Shown here in pieces: positions 12,919 to 24,614 of a stretch of 64,000 bases of DNA. The notes beneath the pieces are model-generated. The model was not told the DNA's origin. It saw only the letters and a list, made by a program, of their open reading frames with translations, and searched no databases. Within the stretch, counting starts at the first letter, position 1, and the number at the start of each line of letters is the position of its first letter. Where the stretch lies: the NCBI GenBank assembly GCA_012295275.1, contig CM022675.1, positions 1,798,001 through 1,862,000 on the forward strand, written 5' to 3'. The position numbers and the translations under genes were made by a program. Origin of the DNA: Chrysomallon squamiferum (taxonomy: Eukaryota; Animalia; Mollusca).

Positions 12919-13223
12919 CAAATATTAATCATTATTTTACTTTTTTTATCTGAATTATAGAGTTTTTTAAAATGATTTAAATTGATCTATATATACCGTA
13001 TTTAATGTTCTTAACCCTATTTCACTATGTAAAAGAAAACATATATCGTCATTTAACGAAATTGTTTCTAAAATATAAATGTTATGATTTGAACGATGTA
13101 TTTTTTCAAAATTTTCAAATTCAGACACATACAATATTTCTATAAAGAAACAGAGAAGATAAGAAAGTTACCTAGAGTGATGTAACAACTTAGAAGTATC
13201 AGATACACGCATGATATCCGCAT
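2798..13223 (-). CDS. EGF-EGF-ZP membrane protein with four SRCR domains nested inside ZP-C, paralog copy 1 (19 coding exons, about 900 aa; one +1 frameshift near 7770)
   Basis: All exons have GT-AG boundaries with matching phases, from ATG 13223 ([17 protein letters not shown]) to TAG 2800-2798. Motifs: DCRR EGF, 4-Cys [45 protein letters not shown]. The same structure recurs in two paralogs. Confidence 0.85.
3171..3288 (-). CDS. copy 1 exon: last ZP Cys, furin site, hydrophobic patch
   Basis: [32 protein letters not shown]. Confidence 0.85.
3675..3840 (-). CDS. copy 1 exon: ZP-C core
   Basis: [42 protein letters not shown]. Confidence 0.87.
4283..4376 (-). CDS. copy 1 exon: ZP-C resumes
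   Basis: [30 protein letters not shown], phase 1-2. Confidence 0.82.
5147..5313 (-). CDS. copy 1 exon: SRCR-D second half
   Basis: [38 protein letters not shown], canonical SRCR. Confidence 0.9.
5766..5922 (-). CDS. copy 1 exon: SRCR-D first half
   Basis: [36 protein letters not shown]. Confidence 0.9.
6125..6300 (-). CDS. copy 1 exon: SRCR-C second half
   Basis: ..[26 protein letters not shown], phase 2-1. Confidence 0.83.
6589..6745 (-). CDS. copy 1 exon: SRCR-C first half
   Basis: [40 protein letters not shown]. Confidence 0.87.
7061..7212 (-). CDS. copy 1 exon: SRCR-B second half (divergent)
   Basis: [39 protein letters not shown], phase 2-1. Confidence 0.8.
7719..7879 (-). CDS. copy 1 exon: SRCR-B first half (161 nt, +1 frameshift near 7770)
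   Basis: [28 protein letters not shown], then VVCRQMGYA in another frame; the paralog exons are 160 nt. Confidence 0.75.
8373..8548 (-). CDS. copy 1 exon: SRCR-A second half
   Basis: [34 protein letters not shown]. Confidence 0.87.
9509..9650 (-). CDS. copy 1 exon: SRCR-A first half
   Basis: [36 protein letters not shown]. Confidence 0.87.
9957..10007 (-). CDS. copy 1 exon: short linker
   Basis: [16 protein letters not shown], 51 nt, phase 1-1, conserved in all three copies. Confidence 0.75.
10190..10332 (-). CDS. copy 1 exon: ZP linker and first ZP-C strands
   Basis: ..[32 protein letters not shown], phase 2-1. Confidence 0.8.
10611..10765 (-). CDS. copy 1 exon: ZP-N part 2
   Basis: [29 protein letters not shown]..., phase 0-2. 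Confidence 0.85.
10878..11027. repeat. (TA)n microsatellite in a copy 1 intron
   Basis: About 150 bp of TA; only a short TA run at the paralogous site near 32705. Confidence 0.9.
11183..11370 (-). CDS. copy 1 exon: ZP-N part 1
   Basis: [39 protein letters not shown]. Confidence 0.85.
11967..12104 (-). CDS. copy 1 exon: EGF-like domain 2
   Basis: [41 protein letters not shown], phase 1-1. Confidence 0.87.
12404..12526 (-). CDS. copy 1 exon: EGF-like domain 1
   Basis: [41 protein letters not shown], phase 1-1. Confidence 0.85.
13172..13223 (-). CDS. copy 1 exon: signal peptide
   Basis: [17 protein letters not shown], phase-1 donor GTAAC, acceptor just upstream at 13237-13236; homolog at 34969-35020. 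Confidence 0.75.
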
Positions 13224-13626
13224 ATTTGGTTTATTCTGAAAAGAAGATTAAATAAATTAAAAAACAAAAACAACAACTAATAAATAAAAAATAACAAATA
13301 AATAAATAAATAAATATATAAATAAATAAATAAATAAATACCTATGATGTTATAGTTTATGAATAGTATTGTGTGTATGTCTGTGTGTCTCTGTGTACCG
13401 TCATATATAGGTGCTTTGTGATAATCAAAGATACGTCATAAAACATTAGAGTATTAAGACAATCATTTACTGATATGAAACACACTTTTTCTTAACATCG
13501 TAGTATCATAAATTTAATTTTTGTACCCACCAAAATCCATTAATACATACCTACTTACAAACATACATACATAAACAAAAAATAGTACACACAAATCTGG
13601 GTAATTTGCGCAAACTGACACCTTAC

Positions 13627-13850
13627 CCAGTTTTCTAATTTGATTGCTATGTAATAGCTGGTACAGTCACTGTTGAAGTTAAACAAGCCGAGTCGCAGTG
13701 GTGAGTGTATGGACCAATCGAGACTGAAGTAATGTAGATATGTATTTACAGAAAGTGGACACTAAACAAGTTATGCAAATTACATTGACTGAAGTAATGT
13801 ACATATTTATTTACAGAAAGTTGACACTAAACAAATTATGCAAATTACAT
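13627..13850 (-). promoter_or_regulatory. Candidate 5'-UTR exon and proximal regulatory region of copy 1
   Basis: G|GTAAGG donor at 13626-13621, CCAAT at 13714-13718, and TTATGCAAAT (octamer/bZIP-like) at 13771 and 13836. The ATG exon has an acceptor 12 nt upstream of the ATG, so an upstream non-coding exon is expected. Confidence 0.35.
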
Positions 13851-13985
13851 TGACTGAAGTAATGTAGATATGTATTTACAGAAAGTGAACACTAAAGAAG
13901 TTATACTCTTACATTGACTCAAGCAATGTACATATATATTTACAGAACGCGGACACGAAACAAGTTATAGTACAAATTTACAGAC
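13722..13985. repeat. Tandem array of about 65-bp units, about 4 copies
   Basis: Unit starts GACT(G/C)AAG at 13722, 13787, 13852, 13916. Confidence 0.9.
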
Positions 13986-14929
13986 AACGGATGAAACAAA
14001 CTGATTGAAGTAAAATGTGTGCTAATGTACATAAATGTGAGTACAATTGTCCACTGAAATAACGTGCTTACATATAAATAAAGCGTAGATATATGTAAAT
14101 TGATCTTCCTGCAAATGTACAGAAGTCAAATATGCACATAAGCAAAAAAGGAAAAATAAGATTAATAAATAGACAAATAAGAGGACACATAGAGAGCTAG
14201 ATAAATAAATAGATTGGCAGATAGATGGAAAACTGATAGGTCGATGGATATATATAGAGATAAAGAGATAAATAGCGAGACATAGAGCTAGACAGGTAGA
14301 TATATTGACAGACAGACAGACGCTGAGACAGACATATCGATAGATAGACATTTATCGAAAATGGATTGAACAACAAGATTCTGACATGTATGTCTGCGTG
14401 TATGAGTCTATGTGTGCGTGGATGCGTATGTGTATGTGAGTATGAAAATATGCAAGATATATGTGTGTATGTGTGTATGTATGTGTATTTTTATTATTAT
14501 TATTATTATTATTATTCTTTTATTATTATTATTATTATTTTATTATTTTATTATTATTATTACTATTATTATTATTATTATTATTGTTATTATTATTATT
14601 ACAAACTCACAGACATACATACATAAAGTCGCGCACATAATTATATTTAAGTTAAAAAAATCCAGACTGAAAAGAAATAATAAAAGAAAAACATTAATAT
14701 ATCAGATAATATTTGTTTGTTGACGTACAACAAGCGAGTGAAAAACACAGCGTGGAAGACGTGTAATAGTGTAGATGAGCAGTGAGGCATCGCAAGTGTG
14801 TTTATATTAGTTCACTACAAGAATCTAGTCAAACGTTGTCAAACTAGTTTTCTTAATACTTTCTTCAAAACACCTTTTAAATTTTACTGACAAAATATCA
14901 GCTGCTTTTATAGTGAAATATTAATGCCA

Positions 14930-16595
14930 TAAGAAATTTAAAACACACACACACAGACAGATAGACAAACACACACACACACAGACACCCACACACACAC
15001 ATACACACAGAGATATACAGAATACAGGCCAACAAACAGCAAGCCATACACGACCAGTGAAACATTTTCGTAGACCAGTAGACGCTAGATGTCTCCAGGT
15101 AAAACTGTTTGTATGTCTAACAAAAACTACACGAATAGATGACTTATTATCTACACAGAAATGGGAGACTAACTCTCGTAACGCCTGGATGAGTTTAGTC
15201 AAGCTGAGGACGATGTTTTAGTCTCCTTTCTTAACATTTTCTTAAACACAGTTACAAATATCTGAAAAGTGTCAGCTTGTGTCTCAAAAATAAATAAATA
15301 AATAAATAAACTAATCACAAAAAGTATCATAGAGTATTAACATATAATAATAAAATGAATTGAAAATAATAAAAAAAATAGCGCTTACTAAAGTAAACTG
15401 AAATGGAATAGAATATACTGAAATTAACAACAATAACCAACTGAAAAACAGAGGTATAGATAGAAAGACAGAAAACAGATATATAAAGAAGTAGATAGAT
15501 ACATAGATGTATACATTGAGAGAGAGAGAGAGATCAGATCTCATCCTTTTTTATATTTCCACTGTGTTTGGCAAACGATGTTTTATTTGTCATCAAACTA
15601 AAAGTGATAAAATGCAACAAAAATAAAAAAAAGTAAAATAAAATAATAAATACAAATATATTACTCACTAATGTGGCTGAAACAATGTGTAAAAATAAAT
15701 TAATAAATAGTAAACTTTTCTACTAGGAATAATCTCACAAAACAAAGATTACATGTTAACAGATACATTCAAGTATTAATTCTTTGTTCTGTACTGTGTT
15801 GTTAATTGTCTGTTTACACCATTCGACTGAAAATACAATTTCGTGTCATCTCGTAATCCCCGCTACGATAAGATGTGTTTTCTTTACTCTGTAATCAAAC
15901 ATCAGAAGATTTAATTATGATAAAACTTTATTTATTGTCGTGTTGTTAATTGACTGTTTACATGAAATGTCTGGAACCTCTCAGAGACAGTCTGTATATT
16001 GACTTATGTCACTGTAACATTCTTACTCTGCACTTTTAGAAAGAAAACAATGAGAAAAGACGTTATTCAGAAGTATATATTATCACATATTCACTGGTCC
16101 AAAATGAGTCTTAGTATTAGCATTACTGTTAATGTATCAGTAGTAGTAGTGGTTGTAGTAGTAGTAGTAGCAGCAGTAAGTGTAGCAGCATTGTGTACGT
16201 AAAGTACATTTCCTGACGTGTCACAGATACAAAATATAAAATTAGTGACTTATACATTTATTGAAGTTGCATACAAATAAGACTACTTAAAGTGTACTTA
16301 CACATTTATTGAAGTAAAATAAGCACATAAACACACACACAAACACACACACACACTCAGATATATACATATATGTAAATGCGAGTTGAACGTACCTTGT
16401 TATTGTAACACTCTAACCGTTTTCATCGCTTATATTGTATGATGTGTTTCGAAAGAAATGTAAAAATCTGTATTAAGTGGAGCTTTTCACTATTTTTGTG
16501 ATAAGAAAAGAAAAAGATGGCTTCAATGCATCACCGACTTTAAATCACATGTCATGTGAAGTCATAACTACTGTATACAAACTTTTCTTTTTTTC

Positions 16596-16665
<70 letters not shown>

Positions 16666-18948
16666 GTTGTTTTTTTTTGAGTTTTTTATTTCGTGTTTGG
16701 CTGATTTCATGGTCAAAATTATGACTAAGAAAATCACGAGGATGAATTATTTGTATGATAAAAGAGGTAAGCAGGTTAAAAGAGAACACACACTTGTCAG
16801 ATTGTATTAAACACGATTAAATGCACGTACGTCAATCATTTAGTCTTTTCTACCTGTATTCCCTTTTAAAAATAGATATGTTTTAAAGCTGTAATAGTCA
16901 TATCTAAATCTTATAATCTTTGTGTTATTTAATTTGGTAAATTATGTGTTTATTCTTGAGTAAGTGAGAATTCTAAGTTTAAATCATTTGTTCTTAAAGA
17001 TAAATTTGAAAGGTTTTATTTAATTGCTAATTTATTTCTGACTTAGTGGAAATCATATATTTATCTCATATTTTAATTTTGAATAAGTGAGAACGATGTT
17101 TATTCACAGCACTAAAACAGAAATGCACCTACACAAACATACACACACAGACATGCACACACAGCTGATATTTATAGATATATGTATGCATGTATGTATA
17201 GTAATAAAATCTTAATGACAGAGATAACGACTGGCGACGTGTCGAAGATAACCTGTTTGTGTTTGTAGAATAAAAGGTACAAGAACCGAGGTATTACGCA
17301 CAATTTTACGTGTAATATACGGAAATCTTACACAAAACTGCATGTATAATATACATGGGCGACAGACCTCATACAAGCTAAGTGATTTCAATAAAACTCC
17401 AAGATGACATTTATATAATGCCCATCACATGGGGCGTGTCTCTAAACAAATAAATAAATAAATACATAAAATGCTACTACTACTACTACTACTACTACTA
17501 TTACTACTACTGTTACTACTACTACATCTACCACTACTACTATTGCTGCTACTACTCTTACTACAGCTACTGCTACTACTACTACTACTACTACTACCAA
17601 TAATAATAATAATAATTATTATAATAATGATAACACTTTATCTTCTATTACTTCTGTTATTAATACATTTATTACAACTACTATTTTTGCTGTTATACCT
17701 ACTACATCTATGAATGCTGCTGTCATTACTTTTACTCCTACTACAACTACTAGAGCTAGCACTAGTGGATATAGTCATACATGACTAAACAAGGACTTAG
17801 AAGACCAGTTAGAAATAAAAACTGTGACACAGACTTTACACGTATAATGAAAGCCAATCTCATTATAAAGTATTACAGATATGTCCGCGGATGCAGATTT
17901 CAATGTATTTCAGTTTGATGTATGATTAATTATTCTCTACTTTAAGAAACAAAACAAATAGAAAATGCCTTTTAAACAAACATTTATTATCATATATTGA
18001 CGGACCTAAATGAGCGTTAGTATTAGCGTTAGTGTTAGAATCAATCGTAATAGTAGTAGTAGAAGTAGTAGTAGTAATAGTAGTAGCAGCAGTAACAGAA
18101 GGTATAGAACTAATAATAATATTATTATTATTGTTATTATTATTATTAGTAGTAGTAGTAGTAGTAGTAATAGTAGTAGTAGTAGTAGTTGTAGTATTAG
18201 TAATGCATTTAAATGCGTACAAATATATTCATTGAAATGTTTCCGTGAACCTACCTTGTTTCTTGTGACACTCAGAAAAGAAGCTTTGTCCTCACTTATA
18301 CAGTTCTCGTTCTGTTTCTCGTTACATATGTGTTTTTCTCTACCTCATTGTCGTTTCGTATAATTTGATATTTTAATTAGTTGTTTTTGTATTTGCTATG
18401 TATTTGCTTGTATGATATTTTGTTAGGGTTAACGCACTTTTTCTCGTTCTGTTTCTCCCTACATAAGTGTTTTTCTCTACCTCATTATCGTTTCGTATAA
18501 TTTGATATTTTAATGAGTTATTTTTCGATTTGCTATGCATTTACTTGTATGATATTTTGTTAGTGTTAACGCACTTTGTTCTCTGCTTTTAGCTTCCAGT
18601 CAATATATCTGTCTGTGTAACTTATTTGTATTAATTTTGTTTTCATGATAACTATTAATGTTTCTTTTTAATACGAAATACGTAATAATAATAATAATAA
18701 TAATAATAACAACAATAATAATAACAAGAAGAAGAAGAAGTTGAAGATGAAGAAGAAGAAGAAGAAGAAGAAGAAGAAGAAGAAGAAGAAGAAGAAAAAG
18801 AAAGATAAATTTGCATATGTAATGCCTCGAATTTGACTTCGACATGCTCATTCAATTTTCTCATTTCTTAATTATTATATTTTTTTTAAATCCATTAAAT
18901 ATTCACGTGAAAGGTTTCAGCGGCATTTATCAAGAAAATAATAATAAC

Positions 18949-19000
<52 letters not shown>

Positions 19001-19096
19001 TTTTTCTTTCTTAAAAATTGGAAAACAAAGTCGTTAAATAAAAAAGAAAAAAAAAGAATAACATAAATGCACCACGCAGTAGGATGAACAACTAAG

Positions 19097-19137
<41 letters not shown>

Positions 19138-19574
19138 AAGTAAATAAATAAATAAATACATCGTTTCCAATCAATTCTAGGTCACTCTATGTTTTTCTTC
19201 TTCTTCTGCTCACGATTCAGAAATAAACACGATAAACAAGACAGTGGATACATTGGTAAATCATAGACAGATTCAGTAGAATTATAAATAATCTGCATTA
19301 TTGTATGTCGATCGCTTTGAGGACCACAAGACTGTGGCAGAATTTCTTTTAAAGTTTTAAAACAATGACAACCGTAAACCTTATATCTTGCTAAGGTGTT
19401 TGTTGATAAAAAAAATTGTAACTTTCATTCCTTTGACTTTTTCCCCTATATTCAATTATTCATATGGATATAAAACTTGATTTTGTATCACTGAACAAAA
19501 GCAAAACTAAAATAAAATAGAGGAATCAGTGAATTACAGGCATAGATATGTAAATAGACAGATAGACAGACAGG

Positions 19575-19612
<38 letters not shown>

Positions 19613-20340
19613 GTAAATAGACAGATAGGCAGACAGGAGATAGATACATAGATAAATACACAAATATATAGATCCATAGATACACAGAGATAGAGAGATA
19701 AATGAACAAATCGACAAATAGATATTTCTCAGAAATGGTATGAGCAATATGGAGAGATTAGTTTGTACAAAAAGATTCTGACATATATGTAGGTAGTATA
19801 TGTGTGTCCGTGTGTATGTGTGTTTGTGCATATATAGGCAAACACACAATAATAATAAATCTAATAATAAAATGAGATAAAGAAGTACAAATATAATTTG
19901 TTAAAAAAATGTTCGATGATAATTCTCACCTGTTAGACATGAGTTTAAACATGTTAAAAAAAAAGAATTTAAATAAATATCTTGAATGATGCAGCTGCAG
20001 AAACGTATCGATATATTTTATACCATACTGAGCTACCCTCCTTAGAGAAATAAAATTATAACAAATACTAATGGCTGATAGATATATTTAAACAAATACC
20101 TTTATTTTATTTTGAATAGTGTATACGCATTCATCTGAAAATACAATTTCGTGTCACACGCTAACACCTGCAGATATAAAATCTTAGTGCATTTATTTTT
20201 TACTCTACGAAAATCAAGCTTAATTTAACATCGTAGTTTATTTTGAAAATAATTCAGTACAGTGTCTGAAAGTTCTCACAATCTGTGTAGAAAGAGCCCT
20301 GAATTTTCATGATGATCGGTTAGTCAGACAGGCGTCAAAG
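14930..20340. repeat. Upstream non-coding block duplicated at about 40020-47330 (segmental duplication)
   Basis: Collinear near-identical unique segments, e.g. 15020-15480 vs 40075-40560, 15540-17200 vs 40965-42540 and 19060-20280 vs 46060-47270. Confidence 0.85.
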
Positions 20341-21018
20341 CAACAACTTTTAAACTTGTGTTGATGGCGGAACAGTAAAACTGCTTCTACTAGGATAGTC
20401 AAACTTGATTTATAGAGTCACTCAGTTTACTGAACAACTTTTAACTTATGTTGATGGCGGAACAGTAAAACTGCTTCTACTAGGACAGCCAAACTTGATT
20501 TATAGAGTCACTCAGTTTACTGAACAACAACTTTTAACTTATGTTGATGGCGGAACAGTAAAACTGCTTCTACTAGGATAGTCAAACTTGATTTATAGAG
20601 TCACTCAGTTTACTGAACAACTTTTAACTTATGTTGATGGCGGAACAGTAAAACTGCTTCTACTAGGACAGCCAAACTTGATTTATAGAGTCACTCAGTT
20701 TACTGAACAACAACTTTTAACTTATGTTGATGGCGGAACAGTAAAACTGCTTCTACTAGGACAGTCAAACTTGATTTATAGAGTCACTCAGTTTACTGAA
20801 CAACAACTTTTAACTTGTGTTGATGGCGGAACAGTAAAACTGCTTCTACTAGGATAGTGAAACATGATTAATAGAGTCATTCAGGTTACTGCACAACAAC
20901 TTTTAACTTGTGTTGATGGCGGAACAGTAAAACTGCTTCTACTAGGATAGTGAAACATGATTAATAGAGTCACTCAGGTTACTGCACAACAACTTTTAAC
21001 TTGTTTTGATGGCGGAAC
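20341..21018. repeat. Tandem array of 90/93-bp units, about 7.3 copies
   Basis: GATGGCGG anchor at 20363, 20453, 20546, 20636, 20729, 20822, 20915, 21008. Confidence 0.95.
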
Positions 21019-21164
21019 GGGCGAGTGGGCGTCTCGTCAGCGGCATCTGATGAGGTTTGTGATGTCGTGGTTGCACTTTGTCGTCCTGTGTTCCAGGATA
21101 TTGTCTGTGTGCGGAGTCTAAACAAACGTACATTAGACAGAGCGTATTCAAATCATAAAACATA

Positions 21165-21510
21165 TATACACACACATACACTCATACACACACAACACAC
21201 ACAACACACAAAAAACACAACACACACAACACACACGCAACACACACAAAACAGACAACAAACGCACACATACTAACACACAACACACACACATACACAC
21301 ACAGCACATACACACAACATACACACAAACCATACACATACAACTCGCACACAATACACATACACTACACACACATGCACACACATTTACACACAACACA
21401 CACGCATTCACACACACAACACAGACATACACACATACACACATCACCCACATACACACACAACACACACAACACACACGCAGACACACGCACTCGTACA
21501 CACACATATA
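21165..21510. repeat. Degenerate (CA)n-rich tract
   Basis: Almost entirely C/A. Confidence 0.85.
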
Positions 21511-22102
21511 CGGTAATTATTTTAGAAATAAGTCAATTAACGGAAAGTCATTTAGTGTTTGAAATTAACTGAATAGTAAAAAAACAGACGAACATTAGAC
21601 AGACAGTATTCAAATCATAAAACACACACATACACACACACACACACATATACCTGAAATATATTATAAACCAGCCACTGAACGGAAATTTACTTAGTGC
21701 TTGAAATTAATTCAATAAAAAAAAAAAAAAAAACCAGTCAGTCAAGTAGGCAGTATTACTGCGATGTTTAAAAATAAAACACTAAGTTATATTTGAAGAA
21801 GATTGTGTGCACATTCTGAAAAAAAGCTAATATTTTGGATAATGCAGCTACTGGAATGTATACATAATTTTTATACTAAGTGAAGTTACCGTCATCAAAC
21901 AAATAAAATTATAACAAACTGAGAGACATATGCAAAAACTAATTTTTTACTTTGAATAGTGTATACACCTTTCATCTGAAAATACTACTTTGTGCCACAC
22001 CCTAGCATCCGCAGATATAATGTTTATCTCAGAGCATTTCTTGTTTACACTGCAGAAATCAGAAAACACATAACATCAAGTTTAATTTATACATCGTAAT
22101 TA

Positions 22103-22150
<48 letters not shown>

Positions 22151-23301
22151 CATCATCATCATCGTCGTCGTCGTCGTCATATCCTCATCATTATTTTGTA
22201 ATTTTCAATGAAAAAAATGTGTTTATTTCTCAACATATTGATTCCTATTGCAAAATTTCTTTACAAATGATTTAATATTGACAAAATCAGAAATGTTGAA
22301 GTTCTAAATATGTAATTATTCCTTGTTAGATTTGATAAATTTCTAGTCGTACATAGTGGTACATTTACGACTTTATCTCTGTTGTTTGACAGAATCGAAA
22401 CGTCTTATCAGTTGTGCTCGTGTGTCAAATTAACCATGACTTATCCTTCTTACTCTTTTGTTCTGAAACTAAGATTTGAAAATGTTTTATATTTCAGGGT
22501 AGATAACTGAATACGTTTATAATACTATTCTACATGTCTACTGTGACAGCAGTTTAATAACGCTTGTTTCAAGTATCTCAAACTCTCTAATAACTAATAT
22601 TAATTTTATTTAATATAATTTGTACAGCAGTTACAATCCTCTTCACTTTTATCAATGACAATCATTCACATATTACATCGCATTGTTCATACAGTGGTGA
22701 AGCTCTTCTGTTTGGTTAAATAACATTAAAACATTTAGTGTTAATAGATGCACACGGAGCTATACATAAATAATAATAATAATAATAATAACAACAACAA
22801 CAACGATACATTTAATAATACTGAAAAAATGGACTAATAATCAAATAATCGATGCAAGAGAAATTAATATACAGACACATACACAGACACACACACACAC
22901 ACATGTCGTTAATCTAATCAGTGTGGGAAGTAACTTGTGATTTAATATCGACAAAGCACACTCAAATGCTTTTCCTCCGCAATTAATTTATACTGAACCT
23001 CCCGACTGTGCATAAAGACAAATGAGAAGCAAAAAATGTTAGCAAATAGGAAGACTAAAACGAGTGAAGTAATTTGTTTTCTTACATGGAGTAATCATAG
23101 TAATTATATGTACATGAATTAATATGCAAATAATATTTACAACGCATTAAATAAAACAAATCACACGAGATTCATTGCTTCAAGCTTTATTCGATAAAGA
23201 AGTTAAATGTAAAATTATAATTAATAAATAAACAAAACAATGCATTTTAAATATAATAAAATACAAAAGCGATAATTATTAGTAACAAAAGAAGCAATAA
23301 C

Positions 23302-23354
<53 letters not shown>

Positions 23355-23623
23355 GTAATAATAATTATTATGTTTATAATGTAGACTCTTTACCAGACGA
23401 AGCACAACAAAAAAATATATTAAAGTGAGCATAAAAATCCCACAAAAAACAAACAAAAACAAAAATCCCATAAATTAATCAAAATAGAAAAAAAAATATG
23501 TATATATAATACAAAATAATTCATTAGTTTAAATGGTTCGTTAGACCAGTGAAATTTAACTTGACTATAAGAAGCAAAACTAAATAAATAAAAAATAAAT
23601 AAATAAAACAAATTAATAATATT

Positions 23624-23667
<44 letters not shown>

Positions 23668-23803
23668 CAATAATAATAATAATAATATTTAGTTCTATCT
23701 ACTAAAGCAAAGAAGATTTTTGAACAATATAAAGATACTTTTTAAAAGGCGTTCTGCGTTTTAGTTTGCTTCTACATCAAATATGAAATGTTTGTCAGGG
23801 TAA

Positions 23804-24571
23804 CTAAATTTGATGTTTGTCGACATCTTCCTTCTTCAGACTGGAATTTTTCTTCCTCAGGAAGACGATCACCACAATCCCAATGACAAGTGAGAAGATG
23901 ATCACCATGGCAACACAGAGACCAATCAGAATCGTGTTGTTGATATCAACTCCATTAGATCCATGCTTGTCACGTGGTGTCTGTGAGATACCTAGAACGG
24001 GGTAATGTTTTACATGTCACACGTTTGTTTTCTTTCTTGCAAGAAGTATAAAGAAAGTCCACATTTAACAGTTGGTTCAATCTGACAAAACTAAGCCAAA
24101 TACGAGTTATCCTGTAAGAACAAATTAATGAAATAAATCAATAGCAGATGTCTAAAATAAACTCATTCGATGTTCGATCTTCATTCATCACGTCCAGAAC
24201 AATATATGTCTTTCTGACACGTTCATCAGACGTTTCAGCAGATCTTCTTTTTCTCCCAAATCCTTGCTTGCCATTGCAGTCCACCTGAATTGAAAGTTTG
24301 TATGTGAACATTTTAGCACAACGTTAGAGTGTGTGTGTGTGTGTGTGTCTGTGTCTGTGTCTGTGTGTTTGTGACTGTTTAATTTGAAGTATCAAATACA
24401 GAAAATAAGATTGCTTGATAAAAAATATTAGTAATTATAATAATAAAAGAATAATAGAGTAAAATGAATGGACAATAACAAATTAAAAAATAAAATAAAA
24501 TTTAAAACAAATACCCAAAACAACCTTGGATATTTATTTGGTTCTTTTCTTATTCTTTTTTTGTTTTTGTT

Positions 24572-24614
<43 letters not shown>

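Noticed and set aside
2798-13223. Calling the gene DMBT1
   Set aside because: There are no CUB domains, the SRCRs are two-exon group-A type and lie within the ZP module, and the N-terminus is an EGF pair.
20341-21018. CRISPR-like array or repeat-protein ORF (20588-20857)
   Set aside because: Units are contiguous with no unique spacers, the context is eukaryotic, and several units contain in-frame TAG.
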